A program made the translations under genes and the position numbers. Of a DNA stretch of 64,000 nt, positions 1-12,152 are shown piece after piece (the first letter of the stretch is position 1; each line of letters begins with the position of its first letter). The DNA comes from Zygnema circumcarinatum SAG 698-1b (lineage: Eukaryota; Plantae; Zygnematophyceae): contig CM074821.1 of assembly GCA_037447605.1 (NCBI GenBank), positions 434,001 through 498,000 of the forward strand, in the 5' to 3' direction. The notes beneath the pieces are model-generated. The model saw only the letters and a list, made by a program, of their open reading frames with translations, was not told the DNA's origin and did no database searches.

Positions 1-105
1 TAGTTGCCTGCTAACAATATACAGGGAGGGAGGGAGGGAGGGAGGGAGGGAGGGAGGGGAGGAGGGAGGGAGGCAGGGAGGGATTGCATCTGTTAGATCT
101 AGGAA

Positions 106-3100
106 TCAGTCCAGTCGAATGTTAAATCTAGGAAGTTCACGCTCGTCTCGCTGTTGCTTTGACGCTATGCGCCCTAGACTGGGTGAAAATTCGGACTCTG
201 CACCATTAACTTGAATGCAGATTGGGAAGCCACGTGAAGACTCCACAACTTACTTGTTTGGGCCCTATTTCCACTTCATGCAACATTTTTATGCTAAATT
301 CATGCCCCTACCTCAAGGGGGAAGGCAAAAACTAACAGATGTGATTCAAGGTGCCGGATCCAACCCGTTCCTTTACATGACTCTTGAACATTACGCAGCG
401 CACATGGAGTTCGTAGAAAGGATTGCAACCAAAAACCAGGTGAAGCCTCACCAGGTGAACAAGTCCAGGGTTGATTTGATATGATGAACCCTTGGTCACA
501 TACACATGTCGCAACACCACTCGAAGTATTGCAAGCACCATGACCACCGCATGCGCCGCCTAGCTGCTTTGCATTGCAAAAGTTTTGACATTCAACGTCA
601 ATCCTTTGCCTTGATAACGAACATCCGACAATGCTTCCAAAAAAACAGTTCATTCGAACCAAAGGACAAAAAGTTTTATAATCGAGAGTGACGTCAACAG
701 GGCTTGAGATGTAGTTTGCCGACATGTTGAGTGTGAGTGTGGAGTTGAAACCAAAATAGTCAGAATAGAATTTTAACGTCACTGATCCCGAGAGAAAGTT
801 ATCATTCAGCATCCTGCAATCAGAAACGACATAAGCGATAAATAGTCTGTAATCCCAGCTGAAATGGGGAAACGGCACATAAAGCTGCCAGTAGAACACA
901 ATTTAAAATTGAAAAAATAGAGACGGAAATAGACACGGAAAAAAAAATAGAACGTAGACGACGACTACTGATATTGATATTGCGTTTATTCAAATAAGTG
1001 AGTTCATACATGAAGATGCAGATGGCTTAGTAGCAGAAAACCATCGCACGTGACTTCACGATTAAACTATGAGTAGCCATTGTAGCCTTACAGACCACCA
1101 TTCATTATGTAGTTCTATCTCACAGACTGCACGGCTCGTATCCTGCCACTTGTCTCAGACTGCTTCACCACATACACTACAAAAGTATTGATACAATGCG
1201 TTGTTCAACTGAGAACCACAAAGAATTTGCTCACACACGCTTCAGTGACTACGCCAAATCAATGTAACTTGACTATGATAAGATGGATCAGAATTCATTG
1301 CCGGAAAATGAACTTAAGGCCATTAGCAATCAGTACCAATAAGTCGTTGAATTTTGTGAGAAGGAGACTTACACGTATGCGAGACGAGGCAGGTTGCCAA
1401 TGCAGGTAGGAATGCTGCCCGTGAGGTTGTTCTTCCCCAAGTCTCTGCCAGGAAGCCGATACAAAGAATCTTAACGAGCTAATTTTAAAATTCTTTTACA
1501 ACTAGAAAAGGGTAAAGACAAGGAAGAAGTAAGCCTAGAGCACAGAAAAAAGAAAGCTTTGCAAGTACACGTGGTAAGGGAACGTGACGTTGTATCAAAA
1601 TTATGGTTCGCAAAGGAGTCGTTTTCAGCTTTACTTTAGTTCAGAGACCAAAAGATGGTAAAGATGGGTTTCAAGCTCACAATCGGGAAAGGAGAGAAAG
1701 GCTGCAAATGGACTGTGGAATTGTTCCCGTCAACGCATTTCCTCGAAGCTCTCTGCAAATCGATTTATGGCACACGGTATCTGGTCATTCAGACGGCCGT
1801 CTCTACATTTGGTTCATTTAACGTTACATTAATCGGAACAAATCATTCCGACTCGGATTTCATATGTTTGAAACGAAGGAAATTATTACAGGCGATCAGC
1901 CGCCTTCATAGGTCATGATTCCAAAACACGGGAAAAACGAAAGTATTGTGAGGGCAGGAAAGACTAAAAGTTGATGAAGACTTACAGAGCCAAAAGGTTG
2001 TTCAGGTTACCGATGCAAGTTGGAATGCTACCTTTTAAAAAATTATCACTAAGATACCTGCAACACATGCGGTAATACAGTAATTGAAGGAGCTCCTGTA
2101 CGGAAGATACAATAAATGCGCTACGATGAGGAGCTATTGAAAGTATAACCGAAACCAGATGAAAACGCATGTGGATGGCCTGTCGACAAAGGTCAAGACT
2201 AAGAAATAAGATTCATGCAGATACGACGAATCAAACAGGACGATGGAAAAATGTCAGAACTTACAATGTAGATAAGGATCCCAAGGCACAAATAGAAGGT
2301 GAAACAGTTCCTCCCAAATTTTTATTTCGAAGGTCTCTGCAAAACGGCAACAGGCAACTATTACTACCGTATACAAGCGAGAAGACAGTGAGATTTTCAT
2401 ATCTATAACAAATCCTATAGGAAGCTTAACCAAGCCTGTGACCACCTGGTCCCAGATCCTACTTCTGTAGTCTTCCTTATGATCGCATTGGAGACGGCAC
2501 AGAGACTGGGAACATGGGCATGCTGGATGGTCCATGGATGGTGACAAGGCATGCAGCCCAATGTCAAAAAATCTTGCAACCGGTCTTGAAATGCAGAATT
2601 GGAAAGCAATCTACGCGTCATCGGCAGTTAATGGCCATCTTTGCACCAAAATAATATCCAGTTGTTCAGATTCTGGTATCAAATCACAAGAAATGGTGTT
2701 TCTTTGCAACAATAAATCAGCTGCAAGGCATTCCATATGAATGCTGTCAACAAGAAAAAAAAATAGGGCAACCGCGTGACCTATTCTCTGTCAAAGTGGA
2801 ACAAACGGCATGCATAAGAGGAGCTAGGCCAGTGGAGTCGGCACTTTAAAGTCTTATGCCAATACCTCACACCTGCTGCTTTATGCGACTCGCATGGGGG
2901 TTCAAAGCTTTATGTGAGACATTGGAATAGGCAGTCCTTTTACAAGGAGAGTAGAACCAGCTTGATGTATTATTAACGTGACTTACATTGCTGCACTGGA
3001 AAGGCAGCAGAGCAATCGTTTCCTTACTTTGGTCCCTGGTTAGAATGGCAGGTGTATTCAGTCGTATAGTAAAAAAAAGGTAAAAAAAAATCGAATAGAA

Positions 3101-3299
3101 GAGAAGATCCAGTATACAATAACCATACAAGGAGATGCCGGGTTCAGAGAAGAGAAGGGTTTAGGCTCTCACATGGAGGTGACTTCACCATTATTGCAGG
3201 TCACCCGTTCCCAACTACAAATGTCATTAAGAGCACGCCAGTTCGGCAATTTGTCAAGACGGGGATCAATTTCGTTCCTGAATTGCAGGAGGATGTTTT
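106..3299 (-). CDS. LRR/EGF-like protein, module 2 (continuation of module 1 or a tandem paralog)
   Basis: Exons: 3299-3173 (LRRNT cap NILLQFRNEIDPRLDKLPNWRALNDICSWERVTCNNGEVTS, 127 nt as in module 1); 72-nt LRRs 2336-2265, 2057-1986 and 1444-1373; 813-452 (LRR plus CNAKQLGGACGGHGACNTSSGVATCVCDQGF); tentative last exon 197-106. No separate signal-peptide exon was found at 3300-3900. Confidence 0.8.
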
Positions 3300-4058
3300 C
3301 TGCGGACAAGCCCAAAAAAACACAAAGCCACATTTATACCGAAGTTTGCACGATTTTTCCAGGTTATGATTTGCGATGAGATGAAGGAAAGATGCAAGAA
3401 AGATGCAGACGCAGGGAATCTTCCCTCATCTTTCACGTGTAATGATCTCAAACCCGCGTTTAAGATCAAGTCGTCTGCATGGGAAACCGTCCAGGTAAGA
3501 TGAGAAGTTCATGGAAAGGAACTGCATTAGTGCAGATAGGACTTAGAGTTAAGCCTACGCTGTGAGATAACAACGTTCGCAGTTGAATGGGCAGTGCTCT
3601 TCTCACGACTGGCTGTGGCCGCAGGACCATGCAGACGTGAAGTCTAACAGGCATTCATGTTTTTCAAAACAGAGCAGTCTTGCATCCATGCCTTATCCAG
3701 TCATTGTGGACAGGCTGTTGAGCTCAAATATGAAAAGTCGTCCCCACTGTATTTGGGACGGAAAGCGGCATCGACTCGTTGGGACAGCCGAAGCTTGATT
3801 TCAACGTCACGGTCTCTGCGCATCAGGTTGACTGGCCAGCGCTGGGGATTTTTCCAGGTTTGTTTGGCACCGTCATGACCAGTAGGAACTTGACTGCGCT
3901 GAATTTCTCAGTCAACACGGGCTAGTGGAACAGTGTCACTATCTACATCTGTGAGAAGGTCGGGAAGCACGCAGTTTGGGTTCATTACTTAGTCAAAAAC
4001 AGCAATGCGGCAAATGGATTTGCACCAGGAAAGTAGTAGGCAGAGTTCTCAGGCATAC

Positions 4059-4595
4059 TTGTAGGAGGTCCAGGAGGCGAAGCTGGCGAAGGACGCAGAA
4101 TTGGTGGAAGTTGTCGAGGAGTTGGCGGTGGTGAATTTGGAGGCAATGGTGGTGGTGGTCTCCCCGGAGGATTTGGAGGTGGGGACCTTCTCGATGGTGG
4201 ACTTGGTGGTGGTGGACTCGACGGTGGTGGACTCTTTGGTGGTGGACTCGGTGGTGGTGGACTCCTTGGTGGTGGAATTCTTGGTGGTGGACTCTTTGGT
4301 GGTGGACTCGGTGGTGGTGGACTCCTTGGTGGCGGAATTCTTGGTGGTGGACTCTTTGGTGGTGGACTCTTTGGTGGTGGACTCGGTGGTGGTGGACTCG
4401 GTGGTGGTGGACTCCTTGGTGGTGGAATTCTTGGTGGTGGACTCTTTGGTGGTGGACTCCTTGGTGGTGGAATTCTTGGTGGTGGACTCTTTGGTGGTGG
4501 ACTCTTTGGTGGTGGACTCCTTGGTGGTGGACTTGGTGGTGGACTCCTCGGTGGTGAATTCGGTGGCGGTCGTCTTGGCGGTGGTGGGGATGCTG
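4059..4595 (-). repeat. Coding 15-bp repeat exon encoding extensin-like [K/R]SPPP / RIPPP units (>20 units)
   Basis: The previous exon ends in phase 1 (CTT G|gtgagg). The tandem AAG/CAG acceptors at 4595/4592 then allow only the Pro frame ([35 protein letters not shown]...), not the Thr-rich frame shown in the ORF track. Confidence 0.8.
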
Positions 4596-7500
4596 CTTTG
4601 GCAAAGCAACGAAAAATACAGTGGTCATTGTACTAACGATATTCAGCCAGATGCTAACACATCTAAACAGCATCAAAATGGATGTCGGCTACTTCCATTC
4701 AAACGTTTTTTCTTCTGCGACATTTGCAGATTCAGGCACGAACACAATTGTAAAAAAATGTACTTTTCAGAAAACGAGGATTTCTGCAACGCTTCGACTG
4801 CTCAACCTTAACGCTACATTTTTTGCAGAATGGAGGGAGTTGCCTGCTTCCAGTGAGTTCTGTGCGGCATCTACTCAGTATGTTAGCTGTAAGAAAAGCT
4901 TTTTTAAGGGTGATCAACGCCCAGTTTCGGAAGAAACCGAAATTAACCATTCATTGTCCAACAAAGTGTGAAAAATTGCGGACAAGGTTATCATTAACAA
5001 AGTCGATTGGTTCCCCCAGCTAGTTGTGACGTATGCCTAAATCAGTGGGAGTGAGGGGACTGCCCGCAAATATATCCGCTCGTTCACTTCAAGGTTTCTA
5101 ATTGTCAAGAGGCTTAAGCTCGTAAACAGAATTTGGGACTAGAATTGGCTTTTGGATCAAGAACGCCTCACCAAGTGGACACGTAAACGTGCTCGTGGGC
5201 CTAAAGTCACATACGCACGCCCCCTTGTCGCATATGCCCCGTCCGCCGCATGCACCGCCGGCCTGTGTTGCATTGCAATATGCGTCACAAGTCGCACGAC
5301 CTTTTTGAATTCCTGATGGACAGCCACCTGAGAGAGTTCCAAATATGCAGTTATTGTACGTTGAAGTACAATAGACTGCACCGTCTAAAGTGATTGTGAT
5401 AGGACCCGAGAAGTAGTTTGATTGAATGCTGAAGCTAAGCTGTTGATTTGGTATGAAGTACTTGGAGTAAAAATTCAGCTTGACTGGCCCCGTGAAAAAG
5501 TTGGCACTCAAGATCCTGCAATCACAGACAACACAGACATCTGAAAGTTGGCCGTCCATCTCAAGCTAGCATCCTTATGGACAAAGTGGCAGATCACCAG
5601 TTCAGAAACCCCGATAACTGTCCACACCTTCAGGCCTCTGAAGACTTACAGGCGGTTAAGACGCGCCATGTTGGCCATACACGGTGGAATGTTTCCTTTG
5701 AAGACGTTCGTCCCCAAGTCTCTGCAAGCGAAGGAAGTTTCATTCAGACAACCTCAACGTATGGCGTAATGAGATCACACAAGACCTAAATCGCAATCAC
5801 GAAACGGAATAGAACTCATGTTTCAAGAGGCGATTGACATCTGCAGTTCCAGTCTGACAAAACTGGGACTGGCGCTCACCTGCAATTACATTCCATTTAG
5901 AAAAGCCAACATATAAGGGGATTGAGTTTGCCACCTACAGTCGGGAAAGAAGCGTCAGGTTGCAAATGGACAGCGGGATTTTCCCGGTGAGATAGTTGTT
6001 CTGCAGGTCCCTGCAAAGCGGCAGCGAGGCATTGAATTTAAGTAGTGAGTGAATGCTCCGGTGCAGGACCGTACGGTACGGACTTAAAGGTACGGACAGT
6101 CCAATGGTCGTGTGATTCGTACAGTCGTAGAATTTGACCTGGGTGTATGGACGTGTACGGCTCAGCCGTACGGCCTGAGGGAGAGGGAGGGAGAGGGAGG
6201 GGGAGGGGGGAGGGAAGGGGAGGGGAGGGGAGGGGAGGGGAGGGGACGGCGCGGAAGCGAATAATGCACTGCACAAAATATAACTCGAGTTTTGGTTTCC
6301 TTATTCTTGCGTTCTTTGTATGGGTGTCGACTCACAGATGCTGAAGGTTGGTGAGGTTGCCGATGCAGGAGGGGATGACGCCGTCGAGGGCGTTCCCGCT
6401 AAGGTACCTGAAGGGCATGCAGTGAAGGGCATGCAGTAAACACAAGTAAGGAAACCGTTTAGATTTTGTACAGCCAGTGGATTTTGCGAACGAAATATGA
6501 GAAGCGAACGTGCTGTGATTGCACTTTGGAAACACGTGGAGGAGAAAGATGACAAATCAAATCAAATAAAGCTTGCAGGTGCCTCTATGACCAGGCTTTG
6601 GCCCCAACGTAGACATTTGATGCGGACTCGGAAACCAGGATAAGGGCAGAATCGAAGCTTACAATTTGGTCAAGGATTTCACGTTACAAATTGCCGACGA
6701 TATACTTCCGACCAAAAGCTTTGATTTAAGGTCTCTGCAGAAGGAAGACACGCTGAGTTACGCTGTCAGGAAATCCATGAAAGATGTTCACTCAACCCTG
6801 CTATAATCATTGCGATAGACGCCCTACAGAGCCTGCAAGGGTCTCTCAGTCTCAGACTGTAGCGCGCTACAGAACCTGCAAGGGTCTCTCCGTCTCAGAC
6901 TTTAGCGCGCTACAGAACCTGCATGGGTCTCTCAGTCTCAGACTGTAGCGCGCTACAAAACCTGCAAGAGTCTCTCAGTCTCAGACTGTAGCGCGCTACA
7001 GAACCTGCAAGGGTCTCTCAGTCTCAGACTTTAGCGCGCTACAGAACCTGCATGGGTCTCTCAGTCTCAGACTGTAGCGCGCTACAGAGCCTGCATGGGT
7101 CTCTCAGTCGCACTGTAGCGCGCTACAGATCCTGCATGGGTCTTTCAGTCTCAGACTGTAGCGCGCTACAGAGCCTGTAAAGGGTCTCTCAGTCTCAGAC
7201 TGTTGCGCGCTACAGATCCTGCATGGGTCTCTCAGTCTCAGACTGTAGCGCGCTACAGAACCTGCATGGGTCACTCAGTCTCAGACTTTAGCGCGCTACA
7301 GATCCTGCATGGGTCTCTCAGTCTCAGACTGTAGCGCGCTACAGAACCTGCATGGGTCATTCAGTCTCAGACTTTAGCGCGCTACAGATCCTGCATGGGT
7401 CTCTCAGTCTCAGACTGTAGCGCGCTACAGAACCTGCAAGGGTCTCTCAGTCTCAGACTGTAGCGCGCTACAGAACCTGCAAGGGTCTCTCAGTCTCAGA

Positions 7501-9279
7501 CTGTAGCGCGCTACAGAACCTGCATGGGTCTCTCAGTCTCAGACTGTAGCGCGCTACAGATCCTGCAGTCAGTCAGACTGTAGCGCGCTACAGAACCTGC
7601 AAGGGTCTCTCAGTCTCAGACTGTAGTGCGCTACAGAACCTGCAAGGGTCTCTCAGTCTCAGACTTTAGCGCGCTACAGAACCTGCATGGGTCTCTCAGT
7701 CTCAGACTTTAGCGCGCTCCAGAGCCTGCATGGGTCTCTCAGTCGCACTGTAGCGCGATACAGATCCTGCATGGGTCTTTCAGTCTCAGACTGTAGCGCG
7801 CTACAGAGCCTGTAAAGGGTCTCTCAGTCTCAGACTGTTGCGCGCTACAGATCCTGCATGGGTCTCTCAGTCTCAGACTTTAGCGCGCTACAGATCCTGC
7901 ATGGGTCTCTCAGTCGCAGGGCGATCTCTCAGTCAGCTCCAGACTGTAGCGCGCTACAGAGCCTGTAAAGGGTCTCTCAGTCTCAGACTGTAGCGCGCTA
8001 CAGATCCTGCATGGGTCTCTCAGTCTCAGACTGTAGCGCGCTACAGATCCTGCATGGGTCTCTCAGTCTCAGACTGTAGCGCGCTACACCTGACTGTAGC
8101 GCGCTACAGATCCTGCATGGGTCTCTCAGTCTCAGACTGTAGCGCGCTACAGAACCTGCATGGGTCTCTCAGTCTCAGACTTTAGCGCGCTACAGATCCT
8201 GCATGGGTCTCTCAGTCTCAGACTGTAGCGCGCTACGGATCCTGCAAGGGTCTCTCAGCAGCCTGTAGCGCGCTACAGAACCTGCAAGGGTCTCTCAGTC
8301 TCAGACTGTAGCGCGCTACAGAGCCTGCATGGGTCTCTCAGTCTCAGACTGTAGCGCGCTACAGATCCTGCATGGGTCTCTCAGTCTCAGACTGTAGCGC
8401 GCTACAGAACCTGCAAGGGTCTCTCAGTCTCAGACTGTAGCGCGCTACAGAACCTGCAAGGGTCTCTCAGTCTCAGACTTTAGCGCGCTACAGAACCTGC
8501 ATGGGTCTCTCAGTCTCAGACTGTAGCGCGCTACAGATCCTGCATGGGTCTCTCAGTCTCAGACTGTAGCGCGCTACAGAACCTGCAAGGGTCTCTCAGT
8601 CTCAGACTGTAGCGCGCTACAGAACCTGCATGGGTCTCTCAGTCTCAGACTTTAGCGCGCTACAGATCCTGCATGGGTCTCTCAGTCTCAGACTGTAGCG
8701 CGCTACAGAACCTGCATGGGTCACTCAGTCTCAGACTTTAGCGCGCTACAGATCCTGCATGGGGCTCTCAGTCGCACTGTAGCACGCTAAAGATCCTGCA
8801 TGGGTCTCTCAGTCCCAGACTGTAGCGCGCTACAGCAGAGAGGGAGAAGGGGCCGTACATTGCGGTGACCTTGCCGTCCGTACAGTTGACGCCCGTCCAG
8901 TCGCAGACCGCCACGTACGTCCGCCAGGTTGTGAGGACGCGGCCCTGCGGGTCGAGGCCGTCCCGGAACGCGAGAAGAGAGGCGACTGCGGACAGCGACA
9001 GACAGACAAACAGACAGACAGGACGGCATCGGTCGGTCAGTGAAGGAGGGGGAGGGGGGGCAGCGCTGCAACCCTCGAGAGGGCAGCGCCGTCAGCAATC
9101 TAAACCTAAACCATGGAGCGGGAACGCTCATTCCTCAGGTTGCTATTTAACCCCTGAACATTTTGCACCGCGTCTGAGGTCAACTTTTGTCAGAGAACAT
9201 GATCCAGAGCTGTACCTTCATAAGGCAGAGGACTGGATGCTGCTGCTAGCAGCAATCTTGCTGTAGCCCAACCAACCAT
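4059..9279 (-). CDS. LRR/EGF-like/extensin protein, module 1 (putative secreted or cell-wall protein)
   Basis: Phase-consistent GT-AG exons: 9279-9216 ([21 protein letters not shown], uncertain first exon); 8985-8859 (plant LRRNT_2-type cap [42 protein letters not shown]); three 72-nt LRR exons 6734-6663, 6407-6336 ([24 protein letters not shown]) and 6010-5939; 5515-5172 (LRR plus Cys-rich [27 protein letters not shown]-like); 4595-4059 (SPPP repeats). Confidence 0.85.
6824..8836. repeat. Intronic 43-bp tandem minisatellite (~46 copies) with internal 16-bp palindrome CTGTAGCGCGCTACAG
   Basis: The unit CTACAGAACCTGCATGGGTCTCTCAGTCTCAGACTGTAGCGCG repeats head-to-tail with few variable positions and no spacers. 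It fills the intron between exons at 8859 and 6734. Confidence 0.95.
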
Positions 9280-9289
9280 ACGATAGAAA

Positions 9290-11620
9290 TTTGGTTAGGG
9301 TCTGGGCAGCATAGGAAGCCGCAAGTCCTTAGAACATTAAAAGCAACGCCGCTAAAGCCATACAGCTGCTTACACGACATAAGGTCTCCTCAAAGCGCAA
9401 AAAAGGAAAGAAAAGATCAGACCAAAAAAACAGGGCTGCAATACAGCTCAGTCCCAGGCTTGAGCATCTTGGCAGAGAAAGGTCGAGTCCTCCAAGATTA
9501 TCATCGCAAAAATGAACGTCTTAAGTTTAAGCAGAGCAGAGGGTGTGTGTGAATCCAGAAGACAAAAAATAGACGTAAGGTTTGGTCACAAGAAACGACT
9601 TGCTCTCATGGTGAATCCAGCTTTCAAGCCTTTTTTTTTTTTTTAATTTACATGTCAACATTGGTCTCTGCATTCGATGTCTTTGTCATGAAATCGAAGA
9701 TGCAGGGACGGTGCAAGAAGTTTGTCCAGATAGCATGGCGATTGCATGGCTGCCGCGCTTACTCGTGGTTTCATGGCGGGCAGCGCCTGTTGCAAGCGTG
9801 GAGCCCGCCAGGAGGAATAAAACGAACGAACCAAGGAAGGTTCGGCGAGTGACCGCGCCTCCAACTCCCCTGTTGAACCGGCGATGCAATGCCGAGAGTC
9901 AGACATTTAACTTCGCAGAAACACAGCTCACAGCATACCTGTCCCCAGATGGTTCAGCGTACTCCTACATCCGTGATGCTCCCATATAGAACCAAGGTCT
10001 GTATTCATGCAGTGAAACTTTTCTATCTCACTTTTAACATTCAAAGCAATCTCCCAGATATTGACATCCCTCCGTGCTGCGGAAGGCCCGAGTGCGGGAG
10101 CAGCCCTGTGTCCCCTCCGTTCGCTGATCCGCGGTCGTGCTGCATCTCGCATCAAGGCTGGAACGGGACCTACGACTCGACCTAAAATTGGACCTGCAAC
10201 TGGACCTGGACCAGGGAGGGAGGAGGGAGGGAGGGTGGGAGGGAGGGAGGGAGGGAGGGAGGGAGGGAGGGAGGGAGGAGGGAGGAGGGAGGAGGAGGGA
10301 GGGAGGGAGGAGGGAGGGAGGGAGGGAGGGAGGGAGGGAGGGAGGGAGGGAGAGAGGGAGTCCTCGCCCTCCCCCCGAGCAGCAAGGCCTACCAGAATGC
10401 GCAGCTCCTTCCCGGCCGCGCCATGGCTGCCCGCTCCGCCTCGCCTTCCCCGCGTCCTGCTCTCATGGCAATGCCCGCTCTTCCCCCCTCCTCCTCTCCC
10501 TATCCCCCTCTCCCCTCTCTCTACCCCTCTCCTCTCCTCTCCTCTCCCTCGACCCTACTCCCTCCCGCGTCCTACTCCCACTCCGTCTCCTCCAGCTGTC
10601 TCATCCGCAGTCCTCTACTCTCCTCCGGTCGCGCTTCTGCCTTTTCGTCCTTCTCTTCCCGCTTCTACTTCTTCTCGACAATTCGCTCCTCCTCCCTCCC
10701 CTTCTCCCTCTCCCTCTCCCACTCCCTCACCCTTCCTTCTCCTCCTTTTAACCCTTTCCCTGCCTTCCCCTGCTCCCTCACCCTCTCCCTCCCCCGCTCC
10801 TTCTCTCTCCTCCTCCCCCCCCCTCCCCCTCTTCCTCCCCCTCTCCCTCTCCCTCTACCCCTCCCTCTCCCTCTCCCTCTCCCTTTCCCTGCCCCTCCCT
10901 TTTCCCCTCCCTCTCCCTCTCCCTCCCCCTCCCCCTTCCCCTCCTTTTCAACTTTTCCCTCCCTTCCTCTTCTCCCTCACCCTCTCCCTCCCCCGCTCCT
11001 CTCTCCTCCTCCCTCTTACTCCTCCCTCTCCTCCCCCCCTCCCCTTCTTCCTCCCCTTCTCCCTCTCCCTCTACCCCTCCCTCTCCCCCTCCCAGCCCCT
11101 CCCTTTTCCCCTCNNNNNNNNNNCCCTCCCCCTCCCCTGCCCGCCGGCTGCGTCTTCCACGCCTTGTCCTGCCCTCCCCCTGCCGTACATCCTCACTGCC
11201 TCCCCGCGTCAGCCCTTGCCGCCGATGCCGGCTTTGACAGCTCACTGACGTCATCACAGCCGCGGGATCCGCTGCCAGATCCGTCACCGCTATTGGAAAG
11301 ATACGACTCGCAGATCCTCATACTTATCGTGTCGTTTACGATATGTCCATACCGTACAGTTGAGCTGGCCATACGGCCCACCGCCTGACGCAGCACAGTA
11401 TCTGGCCTCGGATTGGTGGTTGTAGATTCTCACTCAGGATTGTCCTAAATTTGGCGCCCACGTGTATGCTTCCGCTCGACAAATACGACAAATGAAAAGT
11501 ACTTCAAATTGACTTGGCTTTATTTGATTGGCTAGTTCTGTTACACCGACAAAGACCGTACAGATGGCCAGGCAGCCTCCGCGTGGGCGTTTTTGTCCGC
11601 GCCGACCTCCGACTTGCTCT
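9290..11620. repeat. Inverted segmental duplication, copy 1 (pairs with 35865-39492)
   Basis: 9300-10195 is the near-identical reverse complement of 38575-39490 and gives the same spurious ORFs (e.g. MPRVRHLTSQKHSS). 10360-10700 matches 36740-37050, with weaker patches out to about 11620/35865. Confidence 0.9.
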
Positions 11621-12152
11621 GAAAATGCTCGACGGAAAAAGCAACTTGATCGGGCGACCTTACAGGTTAGAACCAATGAACGCGTGCCACGTATGCAAAC
11701 ATTTGATATTTATAAACCGTTATATAGCGTGGTTAGACGTGGTTGGATTCTTGTAGTAACCGATTCGACTGAAACGGTCAATGAAAGTCGGCCGCGCGGC
11801 CACTCTCTTAACCAGGTCAATTGGTGTGACGTGGCACCTCAAAGATTGCGCCACGTGTAGTAACTTTGGACTCGAGGGCTCGTCACGTCACAAGCGCCCA
11901 CTGTTGGAAACTCCCGGTCCCTAAACGACGTGTACAAAACCCAATATTTGTACTTGGAAAGTGATATTTACAGTCACTTTTTTTCTGAAAACAGTCACTT
12001 TTTCGACGGGCAGCTTTTACAAAAGACTTTTTAGCGAAAAATGCTGTTTCATACTTTTGTAGAATAGATACAGACCAGAAAGGAGAGCGGGATGTCGTGA
12101 ACAGGATGTTGGACATATGAAATGACAGAATTTTCTTGAAGCGTACCCCAGC

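Noticed and set aside
3993-4811. Thr-rich mucin (KESTT), His-rich and Val-rich ORFs
   Set aside because: Alternative frames of one 15-bp repeat; splice phase supports only the SPPP frame.
6824-8836. CRISPR array (palindromic repeats of CRISPR-like size)
   Set aside because: No unique spacers and no cas genes; units are contiguous and sit inside a eukaryotic intron.
9928-10155. Conserved small ORF in both duplicated copies (RRDVNIWEIALNVKSEIEKF...)
   Set aside because: Conservation is explained by recent DNA duplication; no recognisable domain or clear splice partners.
10061-11388. Pro/Ser/Leu-rich ORFs
   Set aside because: CT-rich low-complexity DNA within the duplicated block, crossing an N gap.
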